Shown one piece after another: positions 18,123-28,346 of a DNA stretch of 64,000 bases. The notes below the pieces were generated by a model. The model saw nothing but the letters and a program-made list of their open reading frames with translations. It was not told the DNA's origin and made no database searches. This stretch comes from Candidatus Marinacidobacterales bacterium (GTDB taxonomy: Bacteria; Acidobacteriota; Vicinamibacteria; Marinacidobacterales; SMYC01), in assembly GCA_965224085.1 (NCBI GenBank), contig CBDCYI010000009.1, positions 128,001 to 192,000 of the forward strand, written 5' to 3'. A program made the translations under genes and the position numbers. How positions within the stretch are numbered: the stretch's first letter is position 1; every line of letters begins with the position of its first letter.

Positions 18123-19430
18123 TTAGTCTCCTCTTCCGAGCGTTACCCTGTCCGGGAGAAACATGACCACCTCCGGGAACAGGGCAAGCAGCATGGTGAA
18201 GATGGCCATGATGATGAAGAAGGGTAACGCGGCGCGGGCTATGGCTCCAATGCGCTCGCCGGTGAGCGTCTGTATCACGAACAAGTTGAAGCCGACGGGT
18301 GGCGTGATCTGCGCCATCTCGACTACCAGGACCAGAAACACCCCGAACCAGATCTTGTCGTATCCTGCCGCGAGGATCAGTGGCAGCGTGATGGGTAGCG
18401 TCATGACGATAGCGGACATCCCCTCGAGCACACAGCCGAGGATCATGTAGAAGACGAGCAGCAGCAGCACCAGCGCGAAGGCAGAGAGCTCGAGGGCCGC
18501 GATCTGCTCCGCCACCGCCCGAGGCACGCCCAGAAAGGCCATCGCCTGGGACAGGAAGACCGCGGCCGCCACGATGAGCCCTACCATGGAGATCGTTCGC
18601 ACGGCGCTCATGGAGGCATCGCGAAGGTTCTCCCAGGTGAGCGAGCGTTGGAACGCGCTCACGACGACGGAGCCGAACACACCGACCGCGGCTGCCTCGG
18701 TGGGGCTCGCGAGACCGCCGTACATGGAGCCGAGGACGAGCAGAACGAGGAACGCGACGGGACCCAGATCGAAGACACTATGGACTCTCTCCTCCCAGGA
18801 GACAATCGTGCGTTCGTGGGGCGTAAGCCCCGGCCAGATAACTGCCCGTGCGGCGATGTAGCCCATGTAGCTCAGGGCGAGCAACAGGCCGGGCACCACA
18901 CCCGCGATGAAGAGCTTGAGTACCGACGTCTCGGACAGCACACCGTAGATGATCATGATCACGCTGGGGGGGATTAGGAACCCGAGCGTCCCCGCGCCCG
19001 CCAGCGAACCCATGGCGACCGTCCGGTCGTAGCCGCGGGACGAGAGCTCGAAGAGCGTGATGCGCCCGACCGTCGCGGCGGTGGCCGCTGAGGAGCCGGA
19101 GATCGCGGCGAACATCGTGCAGCCGAGCACGTTCACGTGCATGAGGCGTCCAGGAAGGTTTGCCACCCAGGGAGCAAGCCCGTTGAACAACGATGCCGAC
19201 AGCCGTGTGCGAAAAAGGATCTCGGCCATGAGGATGAAAAGCGGCAACGCTATCAGCGATTCGCTCGTGACCGTGTTCCAGATGCTGATCGAGAGCTGGC
19301 GCTCGATCGGCATATCGCGGAAAATTTCGAGACCTCCGATGCCCACCGAGAACAGACCGAGCGAGACCCAAACCCCCGCGCCGAGCAGGACGATCAGGAG
19401 AGTGATGAGGGTGGCGATGGTCGCAGTCAT
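18123..19430 (-). CDS. dctM: TRAP transporter large permease
   Basis: Highly hydrophobic; ISGSSAA, GTLGFLIPPS, SPTEAA, ITPPVGFNLF. Confidence 0.93.
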   Translation of the reverse strand: MTATIATLITLLIVLLGAGVWVSLGLFSVGIGGLEIFRDMPIERQLSISIWNTVTSESLIALPLFILMAEILFRTRLSASLFNGLAPWVANLPGRLMHVNVLGCTMFAAISGSSAATAATVGRITLFELSSRGYDRTVAMGSLAGAGTLGFLIPPSVIMIIYGVLSETSVLKLFIAGVVPGLLLALSYMGYIAARAVIWPGLTPHERTIVSWEERVHSVFDLGPVAFLVLLVLGSMYGGLASPTEAAAVGVFGSVVVSAFQRSLTWENLRDASMSAVRTISMVGLIVAAAVFLSQAMAFLGVPRAVAEQIAALELSAFALVLLLLVFYMILGCVLEGMSAIVMTLPITLPLILAAGYDKIWFGVFLVLVVEMAQITPPVGFNLFVIQTLTGERIGAIARAALPFFIIMAIFTMLLALFPEVVMFLPDRVTLGRGD

Positions 19431-19433
19431 TAG

Positions 19434-20066
19434 TCCGCTAATAAACCCGCCGCCTCTGGCGGCGTGACCCGAAGAGCATCGAGCGATCCGGCGTGTGCTA
19501 GGTTCCCCCTCCGGGAAGACCCTGTGGGGCCTCCGAAAGGAGAACCTGCATGCACGAATGGAAAAGCCTGTCGCAAGTGCGATGGGAATGCAAGTACCAC
19601 GTGGTGATCATCCCCAAGTATCGTAGAAGGGTGTTATATGGGGACCTTCGGCGTCGCGTGGGGCGAATTCTTCGAGAGCTTTGTGAGCAGAGAGGAGTAG
19701 AACTGATAGAAGGCAACGCGCAACCGGACCACATCCACCTGTGTATGAGCATCCCTCCCAAGTACAGCGTATCTCACACGATCGGTTTTCTGAAAGGGAA
19801 GAGTGCGGTACGCATCCACCGAGAATTGCTGAAAGAACGTCGTATGACGGGCTTGCATTTTTGGGCGAAGGGGTACTGTGTGAGTACGGTTGGCCTTGAC
19901 GAGGAGCGAATAAGAAAGTACATCCGGGAGCAAGAAAAGCTTGAGTCTCGCCAAGGTGATCTCGACCTGAGTTAACGAGAGACGGCCCCAACGGGGCCTT
20001 CCCAACGTCATCGGCCCCCTCGGGGGGGCCTTCCTAAACCCACGCCCTATGGGCGTGGTCGGTTAG
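19434..20066 (+). mobile_element. IS200-type element (TnpA only)
   Basis: Left-end hairpin CGCCGCCTCTGGCGGCG, right-end hairpin CCACGCCCTATGGGCGTGG; TTAG at both junctions. Confidence 0.85.
19550..19975 (+). CDS. tnpA: IS200/IS605 Y1 transposase
   Basis: KYHVV.IPKYRR, HUH motif DHIH, LKGKS, FWAKGY, YIREQ. Confidence 0.95.
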   Translation: MHEWKSLSQVRWECKYHVVIIPKYRRRVLYGDLRRRVGRILRELCEQRGVELIEGNAQPDHIHLCMSIPPKYSVSHTIGFLKGKSAVRIHRELLKERRMTGLHFWAKGYCVSTVGLDEERIRKYIREQEKLESRQGDLDLS

Positions 20067-20590
20067 TCGGTTCCGATATCCGTGCTTCCCGGCTGGACGT
20101 CCGGGGGCTCGTCGCGCACGAGGCGAACGAAACGCGCCACCATCTGCAGGAAGAAGAGAACCGCCCCCAGCGCGAGGACCCCTTGCGGAATAATCAAGGG
20201 CGTCTCGGTCGGGGTGAACGAGACGATGTCGCGCTTGTAAGAGTTATAGGTCATGTCACAGATTGCATAGGCGATGTAGAGGGTCACCACGATCCCGACC
20301 ACGGTGGAGAACAAGTCGAGGGCACGGCTGACGGTGGGAGGCACGGCTTCGGACAGCAACGTGACGCGGACGTGCCCGCCGGTACGCAGGCCGTAGCCGG
20401 CGCTGAGGAAGAAGGCGGCTCCCATAAGGTAGCTGCTGAATTCCCAGCTGAAGGTGAGGCTCTTGGAAAACACGGACCGGGCCACCACCTCGCCCAGCAT
20501 GAGCACGGTCATCGCGACGAGGCATACGGCCCCGATGGCAGCCGCGCCGGCCGACAGCCGGTCAATCCACCGCAAGCAGTCCGATATCAT
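20063..20590 (-). CDS. dctQ: TRAP transporter small permease
   Basis: About 4 TM helices; EVVARS, WEFSSY, GHVRV. Confidence 0.9.
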   Translation of the reverse strand: MISDCLRWIDRLSAGAAAIGAVCLVAMTVLMLGEVVARSVFSKSLTFSWEFSSYLMGAAFFLSAGYGLRTGGHVRVTLLSEAVPPTVSRALDLFSTVVGIVVTLYIAYAICDMTYNSYKRDIVSFTPTETPLIIPQGVLALGAVLFFLQMVARFVRLVRDEPPDVQPGSTDIGTD

Positions 20591-20671
20591 GGCACTCCCA
20601 ACGTCGTAGTCCGAGGGCGACGGACGCATCGTGCGCCCTTCGCCGATCGTGCAGGAAGGGAACCCGACGGC

Positions 20672-21673
20672 CTATTTGCCGACCATCTTTCGGTACGCCC
20701 GGATCACGTCCTTCCCCTCGGGCGCGCCCTGGATGAATTCGGCCCACATCTCCTCTGCAACAGCCACGAGCTCAGCCCTGAGCTCCGGGCTGGGCCTTGT
20801 GACCTCCACGCCGTTTCTGGCGAGCGTGGCGAGTTTGGCCTTGTCCTCATCGATCGCGGCCTCCCAGAACTGAGCCTCCAGCTGACGCGCAAGCAGTTCA
20901 ATGGCGCGTTGCTGCTCGGGCTCGAGCCGATTCCAGGCGTCCAGATTCACGTTGACCATGTTCGAGGACGACTGCCAGTGGAACTGGTTGCAGTGATTCA
21001 GGAATTCCCAAAACTTGCCGTCCACGCCCGAGGAGCTGGATGTCGTGACGCCGTTGATGACGCCCGAGGCGAGCGATGGGACCAACTCTCCCCAGGGAAG
21101 CTGCGTGGGGCTCGCCCCGAGCTTTGCGAAGAACACCGTGCCGCTTTTGTCCACGGTGCGAATCTTCAACCCCATGAGGTCCTTCACCCCGTTGATCTTC
21201 CGCTTCGAGTACACGTTTTGGCCGGGCCACGGGACTATGTAGAGAATCTTCTGATTGTGCTCGCGGGCAATCTCCTCGTAGACAGGCCGCGAGAAGGTTT
21301 GCAGGGCTCGGAGCTCGACGAAGCCGGAAGCGAGATAGGGCACAGATTCGATGCCCAGGAAGGGCTCTTCACCGACCTGCTGGTTGAGCAGGATGTCCCC
21401 GATGGGGACCAGACCGTCCCGCACGGCGCCGAGCATCTCCGGGCCCTTGTAGCCCAGGGCGGCGCCGGGATGCACGGTGATCTGCACCTCGCCCTGGGTC
21501 ACCTCTTTGACCTTGTCCGCGAAGATATGGGCGTTCTCGACGTGGAAATTGCCGAGCGGCCACGCGAGCGGAAAATCCCACTTCTCTCCCCCCAGGACAT
21601 GCGTCGGCAGCACGACCATCGTCGACAGGCCGGCGGCCGCGACACAGTTACGTAGTCTGCTTCGATGAACCAT
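20672..21673 (-). CDS. dctP: TRAP transporter substrate-binding protein
   Basis: Signal peptide, DLMGLKIRT, PWGELVPSLASG. Confidence 0.92.
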   Translation of the reverse strand: MVHRSRLRNCVAAAGLSTMVVLPTHVLGGEKWDFPLAWPLGNFHVENAHIFADKVKEVTQGEVQITVHPGAALGYKGPEMLGAVRDGLVPIGDILLNQQVGEEPFLGIESVPYLASGFVELRALQTFSRPVYEEIAREHNQKILYIVPWPGQNVYSKRKINGVKDLMGLKIRTVDKSGTVFFAKLGASPTQLPWGELVPSLASGVINGVTTSSSSGVDGKFWEFLNHCNQFHWQSSSNMVNVNLDAWNRLEPEQQRAIELLARQLEAQFWEAAIDEDKAKLATLARNGVEVTRPSPELRAELVAVAEEMWAEFIQGAPEGKDVIRAYRKMVGK

Positions 21674-21729
21674 GCCCCTTCCGTCAGCCGGTCCAGCTCC
21701 GCGAGAGCGTCGGCGCCACGGGGCGAGCT

Positions 21730-22746
21730 CTAACTGCCCGCATGTTCTCGGCGCGCCGGTTTAGTCGCATCGGGTAGACGGCGGCGCTCCCAAACGTGAG
21801 GATTCACCAGGAATTCGGGTCTTCGCCCCTCCACGACATCCGTGATCATGTCAACAAGCTGGAGAGCGGTGCGCGCCAACGACTCCATGGTGGAACCGCC
21901 AGCATGGGGTGCCAGGACGACATTGTCCAGTCGGAGCAAAGGATGGTTCGCGGCCATGGGCTCGTTTTCGAATACGTCAAGCCCCGCCCCAAGGATACGC
22001 CGCTCCCTCAAAACCTCGATCAGCGCCCCTTCGTCGACGCAGGCACCGCGGCTTGTATTGATGAGGATTGCGTCCGTCTTCATGGCGGCAAGCTCCTCCG
22101 CTCCGATCAGATGGCGGGTCTCCGGCCTCAGCACTGTGTGTAGCGATACCACATCGGCCTCTGACACTACTTGTCTCAACGTTGCCGCCTTGCCAACACC
22201 CATCCTGGCAAGCTCCTCCTCTTTGGCGGAGCGAGAATAGGCAATGACCTGCATCCCGAAGGCCGCCTGACACATCGCCGCGGTGCGCCGACCGATTCGC
22301 CCGAAGCCAATAATGCCGAGCGTCTTTTTCCACAACTCGTGCTGGGGCAGTTCAAAACGCAGCTTGAAGTTGCTTTTGCGCACCGCCGCATCGAAGGCTG
22401 GCACCTGCCGATAGACAGCCAACATCAGCGCGATGGCATGCTCGGCCACCGGCTGGACGTTGGTGTGCGGAGTGAAAACGATCGGCAGGCCGACCTCGTT
22501 GGCGTACTCCACGTCAACGGGATCCACCCCGATGCCATGGTTGCCGAAAACCAGCAAGTTCTCGGCCGCCTCCATCGCTTTGCGACTGAGCCCTGCGTCA
22601 CGGCTAATGCAGGCTATGGCACCCCCGATCTCCCTGGCTACCGTATCCATGTCCGGAGCCGACGCCATGCGTGGCTCGATCCCGAATTCCTCGAGCTTCC
22701 TGAGGCCAGTCTCATGGATCGGCTGGACTACCAGGCAGTGGTCCAT
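21730..22746 (-). CDS. D-isomer-specific 2-hydroxyacid dehydrogenase
   Basis: VAEH, GIIGFGRIG, INTSRG, GLDVFENEP, APHAGG. Confidence 0.92.
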   Translation of the reverse strand: MDHCLVVQPIHETGLRKLEEFGIEPRMASAPDMDTVAREIGGAIACISRDAGLSRKAMEAAENLLVFGNHGIGVDPVDVEYANEVGLPIVFTPHTNVQPVAEHAIALMLAVYRQVPAFDAAVRKSNFKLRFELPQHELWKKTLGIIGFGRIGRRTAAMCQAAFGMQVIAYSRSAKEEELARMGVGKAATLRQVVSEADVVSLHTVLRPETRHLIGAEELAAMKTDAILINTSRGACVDEGALIEVLRERRILGAGLDVFENEPMAANHPLLRLDNVVLAPHAGGSTMESLARTALQLVDMITDVVEGRRPEFLVNPHVWERRRLPDATKPARREHAGS

Positions 22747-22756
22747 CCGTTGCCCC

Positions 22757-22962
22757 CTAGTACCGTTCCAACTTGATGGCCAGTGTCACGAGGGCCTCGT
22801 AGATGTGGCCGTATCGGGGAAACGCGGACCCGACGAGGATATGATCGCTCGTCCAAAGCGAGGTGTAACCCTGCTCCTCGGCAACGCGGCCACCTCCAGC
22901 AAGTGATCGCGGCTCGGTGCCGCACCGTAAGGGAAATTTGGCAGGGTGACGCCGAACTGCAC
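22757..22962 (-). pseudogene. LLM-class flavin oxidoreductase 5' remnant truncated at a MITE end
   Basis: GGAGG RBS, VQFGVTLPN, frameshift, AEEQGYTSLWTSDHI..EALVTLA, then CTAGTACCGTTCCAACT. Confidence 0.75.
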
Positions 22963-23008
22963 GAATCACCTCCAGCCTTCAGCGAGCGACTCCATCGTCA
23001 CGAACTCC

Positions 23009-23049
23009 CTTATAAGGTCAGCGCCAACACGTTGTCAAATGTTCTTGAC
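23009..23049 (-). promoter_or_regulatory. Promoter of the LLM-dehydrogenase-TRAP-hydantoinase operon with overlapping palindrome
   Basis: TTGACA-18 bp-TATAAG on the minus strand; GTCAA-N6-TTGAC at 23034-23049. Confidence 0.5.
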
Positions 23050-23195
23050 CGTACGGTAGAATGATTTACGGAGATACCGCCTCATCGGCTGCGGCTGCGC
23101 GTCTCATTTCCATGCGGCAAAGGAGTGTACTTTTTTACGCACAGGAGGTGCTTCCGTAATTAAGTGTTGGCGGCCTTCGCCTAACCCGCGTGCGT

Positions 23196-23393
23196 GGTAG
23201 AGTTTGACCCCAATTTCTGAAGACGCAGTTCTCTCGTCGACAAGGCCCATGCGAAGTGAAGAAGCTGACCTGTCTCAACCCCAAGTGCCCGCTGCACCGT
23301 AAAGTCGGTTCTGGAAGCATCATCCGCTATGGTTTCTACCGAACGAGGTCTGGGAAACGTCGCCGCTACCGGTGTGTCCGGTGCGGCGCCTGA
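23196..23393 (+). mobile_element. IS1 family remnant (left end plus Zn-ribbon)
   Basis: GGTAGAGTTTGACCCC end, then VKKLTCLNPKCPLH..IIRYGFYRTRSGKRRRYRCVRCG*. Confidence 0.7.
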
Positions 23394-23636
23394 CGCTCAG
23401 GGAGGTCTTCGTGTGGGCGCGGACATCCGTATCAATATTAATAGAGTACGACGCGATGGCGTTTGCCGGCACAACACGTAGGCCGGCAACTGACACGAGC
23501 ATTCCCCGAAAGCGGCGTGATTGCAGCACTTTAAAGTCGATCGCCAAAGCAAAGCCCGTCCGAGGTCGACGCGCCTGGACAGGATTCTTAGATCCTTTTA
23601 TAGTGCTCAAACTGCTCATCGATAACAGGGTACATC

Positions 23637-24150
23637 GTCTACCGTGTCAGTGGAACACTTTGTGCCGTGGTCTTCGATCTCGAGAGGCTCGAGGTGACGA
23701 CCGACCCCGTGCCGATTCTCGAGGGGGTCGTGACCAACGGCACGGGCGCCGCGGATTTCGACATCGCGCAAGACGGCTCCCTTGTTTACGTCGAGAGCTC
23801 TGACGCCAGCGCCACCGAGCTCGTCTGGGTGGATCGCCAAGGGAACGAGGAGCCACTTCCCGCTCCGCCTCGCGTCTACGAACATCTGCAGCTCTCACCC
23901 GATGGGAGCGGTCTCGCCCGCGGCGTTCGCGACCAGGAGAACGACATCTGGCTCTGGGATGACCCGGTTGACCTTCGATCCGGGGACCGACCAATATCCG
24001 ACCTGGACGCCGGATGGGCTTCGAGTCGCGTACGCCTCCGGCGAGCCATTCAATGTGTTCTCGAAAGCGGCCGATGGCACGGGTGGCGCCGAACGACTCA
24101 CCGAGAGTGCGAACGTTCAATATCCGCAGGCCTTCTCGCCCGACGAGTCT
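23637..24150 (+). pseudogene. PD40 propeller fragment of a Ser/Thr kinase-type protein
   Basis: LVWVDRQG, LSPDG, DIW then a frameshift to TRLTFDPG, PTWTPDG, ADGTG.AERL. Confidence 0.75.
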
Positions 24151-24282
24151 CGCCGGTTACCGGCACCGCCAAGGCCCACGAGAACATCACCAACGTGGCA
24201 AATAGGAATTCGCAAATGCATGGATTCTCTCCGTGGTTTAAGCGAGCACGATCGCTCCCGCCTCGGCAAGCGCCGGCCGATG

Positions 24283-24535
24283 TCAATCGATCCGACGGTG
24301 TGTATACTCACTGACGACGCCGTCCCTGGGCACGGAGCGGTAAATGTAGGTCGTGCGGTCGAGTTTCACGATCTCCTCCACACCGCCGTGGTCAATCATA
24401 TAGGGCTCGATCGAAAGAAGGTCCGTGTAAACGAACTTGTTATCTTCGATTTTGTAGCTGCCACCGCTGGCCCAGAAACGGGGCTGGTTCTCCTCGCCCC
24501 AGATCTTGCGGTAATTCGTGCTCGTTTGCGTGTCC
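24283..24535 (-). pseudogene. C-terminal fragment of an unknown, possibly lipocalin-like protein
   Basis: Open frame FWASGGSYKIEDNKFVYT...EYTHRRID*, with no start. Confidence 0.35.
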
Positions 24536-24569
24536 TTGGGAAGCCGGGCTCGAGACCGCTCGGCGGGTG

Positions 24570-24860
24570 GAGAAACAGAAAGGCCGCGAGAGGCCCCGCG
24601 TCCTCGCCGCCGATGTGCTTCGCCAGGGGGTCGTTGTGGTTCTCTCGGCAGAGCACGATCCAGCTATCCACGCCCGCCGCCTCCATGGCCTGCGGTAGCA
24701 GGAGGCGGATGCGCTCTTCGCGAATCTCGGGCCAAGGATTGTCCTGTTGCAGGTCCGCGGCGAGCTGCTCGATGCGGCCGGTCGGCGACGGTCGGTCATG
24801 GACGGGTGGTTCGGCGCAGCCGGGATCGAGCATCATCGTTGCCGCCAGCGCCAGGCCGGC
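24570..24860 (-). pseudogene. M24 (Xaa-Pro aminopeptidase) N-terminal fragment
   Basis: IREERIRLLLPQAMEAAGVDSWIVLCRENHNDPLAKHIGGE. Confidence 0.65.
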
Positions 24861-24997
24861 GCCCGGAGAACACGCGAAAGCGGTCGAGCAAGGAGAGTTC
24901 GGACGAGGCAGCAGATCCATGAGCACCCTTATCGTCTCTCTCGCGACTCTGCTATGCTCGGCGCTTAGTGAGCACCGAAACGTAAGGAGGTCGCCAG

Positions 24998-25408
24998 ATG
25001 AAACCTTGGCTCGTGAAGGCCTGCCTTCCTTTTATCACTTTCTTCATTCTGGTGACAGCTCTTCTGTCTTGTCAAGAGGCCGCGTGCGGCAAGCTGTTCG
25101 AGCGTCGAGAGGACGGCTCGGTGCGGTTGTTCGATGGTCGGGTCGTACCGCTACTGCCGCCCCTGCTCGGCGTGCGCGCACAGTACGAGCTCAGGCTCGA
25201 GACGGACTCGGTGCTTCGGCCAGGCGCCTACCGCTCCATTGAGTTCAGCGCGCGAACGGCCGTACCAGCGTGGAGCGGAGAAACCGTTCTCATACCGATG
25301 GAGGACGACGCCTACCTCACCGAGAACGGCTACGTCTACTTCAGGCCTCATCAGACGAAATGGTCTGATCCGGTAGAGAGCTGGGGGTGTCCGCCTACGT
25401 CGAGATGA
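24998..25408 (+). CDS. Hypothetical exported protein or lipoprotein
   Basis: AAGGAGG RBS, hydrophobic N-terminus with LLSC. Confidence 0.45.
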   Translation: MKPWLVKACLPFITFFILVTALLSCQEAACGKLFERREDGSVRLFDGRVVPLLPPLLGVRAQYELRLETDSVLRPGAYRSIEFSARTAVPAWSGETVLIPMEDDAYLTENGYVYFRPHQTKWSDPVESWGCPPTSR

Positions 25409-25453
25409 GAAGGGATGGGACGTCCTTCGCGAAAACCGTCCTCGGAGGATCGC

Positions 25454-28076
25454 ATGAGAGGTCAAGCGAGAAAAATTCATTGCCATCTCTGTTCCATTAT
25501 CTCGAGAGCTCTGCTCCTCGCCATCTTCGCGCTGGCGCCGCGCACCGCACCGGCGCAGGGATCGAATCTCGGATCTCTCTTGCCGTTTTGGGAGGCCCGT
25601 GAGCGACTCAGGGCCGAAAGCCCTTACAAGAGCTTGAGCTGGAGGTGCGTGGGGCCGTCGGTGATGAGCGCCCGGATCATCGATGTGGAGGTGTCCCCGG
25701 CGGACAAACACACGATTTATCTGGCCGGGGCCACCAGTGGCATCTGGAAAACGGTGAACAGCGGCATCACTTGGAATCCCATCTTCGACGATCAACCGGA
25801 CTACTCCATCGGCGACGTGGCGATTGCACCCACGGATCCGGACATCATCTGGGTGGGAACCGGCGAGGCGAACTTTCGTCAAAACGTGGACTCCGGCTTC
25901 GGCATCTACAAGTCGGAAGACGGCGGGAAAAGCTGGCGGCACATGGGCCTCACCGAGAGCCGTCACACCGGGCGTATCATCGTCCATCCGAGGGATTCCC
26001 GTATAGTCTACGTGGCCGTCGTGGGGGCGCTTCGCTCCGCGAACGACGAGCGCGGCATCTTCAAGACCACGGACGGCGGCAAGACCTGGAAGAACGTCAA
26101 GTATATCGACGAGCACACGGGCTTCGTCGACATGATCTTGGATCCCCAGCATCCGGACACGCTTTACGCGGCCTCGTACTATCGCTACTCGGGGCCCTGG
26201 TTCTTCTACGACAAGAGCGCGAGGAACGGAATCTGGAAGACGGATGACGGGGCTCGAAGCTGGACGCGGCTCACTAACGGTTTGCCCGTCGATGATTACA
26301 CGGGCCGTATCGGGATCAGTCTCTCCGCGGCCCACCCCAAAGTGATTCTATGCGCGTCTGGCTCGCGACAAGCTGGGAGAGGACGGCACGCCCCTGGGCG
26401 GCGAGTACTTCAAGGGGGAGGAGATTTACCGGAGCGACGACGGTGGCGAGAGCTGGCGGATGACCGCCCAGTTCAACCAGATGAAGAACCCCTGGTACTT
26501 TGCCCACATCATCGCCGACCCCAAGGATCCGGACAAAGTGATATCCCTTGGCGGCGGTGAAGGCTCCTTTCTCATCTCCACGGACGGCGGGAAGAGCTTT
26601 ACGAACCACGACAAGGGCACCTACGGGGACCACCAGGCTCTGTGGATCGATCCGGACGACACCGATCGATACATCGCCGGCCACGACGGCGGTGCTTCCT
26701 ACTCGTACGACGGAGGCAAGAACTGGCGACGGGACCTCGAGCTCCCCATCGGACAGATCTACGCGGTCAGCTACGACATGCGTGCCCCCTACTGGATCCA
26801 CGTGGGTACCCAGGACAGCCACTCGTTGATGGGACCCAGCAACAGCGTGCCCGAGGGCAAGAACTGGAAGTTTTTGCTCTGGGGAGACGGTATGAACACC
26901 GAGGTCGACCCGGTGGAGTGGAACATCGTCTACCCGACGGCGATCAGGGGAACCATCGAGCGGCACGACCTGGTGACGCGAGAAACGATCTCGATCGCAC
27001 CGAGTCCTCGGCGCGGGCAGCTTTTCGATCCACCGCTCCGCTTCAGCTGGAACATGCCCTCGATGCTCTCGCCTCACGATCGGCGTCGGCTCTACCTGGG
27101 GGCGAACAAGCTTCTGCGCTCGCCTGACCGAGGAGACACGTGGGAGGTCGTGAGCCCGGATCTCACGACCCAGCACGAGACCCAGTACGAGCAAAGCCCG
27201 TACTCCAACATCACCGCCATTGCCGAATCGCCACTAGAGGAAGGATTGCTCTACGTTGGGACCGACGACGGTCTGGTCTGGAGGAGCCCTGACAACGGCG
27301 TCACCTGGCTAGAGATCAGTACGGGGTTGCCGAAGGAGCGCTGGGCCACCACGGTGAGCGCCTCTCCGCACGACAAGGCGACGGTCTACGTCAATTTCAC
27401 GGGCGACCGGCTGGACGATTTCGCCCCCTACGTTTTCAAGTCGAAATACCACGGTAAGACCTGGACGTCCATCGTGAGCAACTTGCCTCAGGAGCCGACG
27501 AACGTCATCCACGAGGATCCACGGCGAAAAGATCTCCTGTACGTGGGGACCGAGCGAGGGATCTACGTTTCTTTCGACGGCGGCGAGAGCTGGGCCTCAT
27601 TGGTCAACAACCTGCCGACGGTGCCCGTGGTGGACTTGACGATCCATCCTCGTGAGAACGATTTGATCATCGCCACCTACGGCCGGAGCGTCTGGGTCTT
27701 GAACGTCGGTCCGCTTCAAGAACTCACCGACTGGGTGAGGACGTCCGGGCTTCACCTGTTTCCCAACCGGCCGTACTATATCTCCGCCGATCCCTACTGG
27801 GGCGAGCGCTACGTCGACTACCGGGACACGATCTATTTCACCTACTATCTCGGTGAGGAGCAGTTCGAGACGGTCATCGAGATCATCTCGGAGAGAGATG
27901 GAGCCAAGATCACGGAGCTGAAGGGCTCGGGCTCCAGGGGCCTCAACCAGGTGATGTGGAATCGCAGCACTGGAAAGCAAGGGCGGGGCGCGATGTGGGC
28001 CCCTCCAGGCCGGTACAGGATACAGGTGAGCGCTGGCGCTTTCCGGACGAAGGGTGTGCTCGAGATCCGTCCATGA
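25454..28076 (+). pseudogene. BNR/sortilin (VPS10-like) glycosyl hydrolase with a single frameshift near 26346
   Basis: Many S.DGG.TW Asp-boxes in both ORFs; deleting one T restores VIYARLARD..EIYRSDDGGESW. Confidence 0.85.
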
Positions 28077-28093
28077 GCACTCCCGCCCGCGCG

Positions 28094-28250
28094 CTACGCC
28101 TCGGGAGGCGGCATGGTGTAGTTCAGCGTCGAGCGGCCGCCGTCCGGGTAAACGGTCTTGCCCGGTGGAAACGGCGTAGGCCAGCTGGTGGGATGGCGAC
28201 GACGTTGGATGACACGTTGATAATGGCACCCGCGATGCGTTGCTCGACCA
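28094..28250 (-). pseudogene. SDR oxidoreductase remnant with internal deletion
   Basis: GAIINVSS, QLAYAVS and TGQTVYPDGG..LNYT* in different frames. Confidence 0.65.
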
Positions 28251-28346
28251 CCCAACTGACGGAGACGTGGAGTCCTCTGCCGACAGCCGTGCGGCCCGTG
28301 CTCGAAGCGCTCGCCCGATGAGCCCAGCGCTTCGTTACGCGTCGGT

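Noticed and set aside
19430-20068. TTAGTC as a target-site duplication
   Set aside because: Y1 transposases do not duplicate targets; identical left-target and right-end tetranucleotides explain it better.
23782-25242. 486-aa plus-strand ORF
   Set aside because: Chance read-through across unrelated remnants on both strands.
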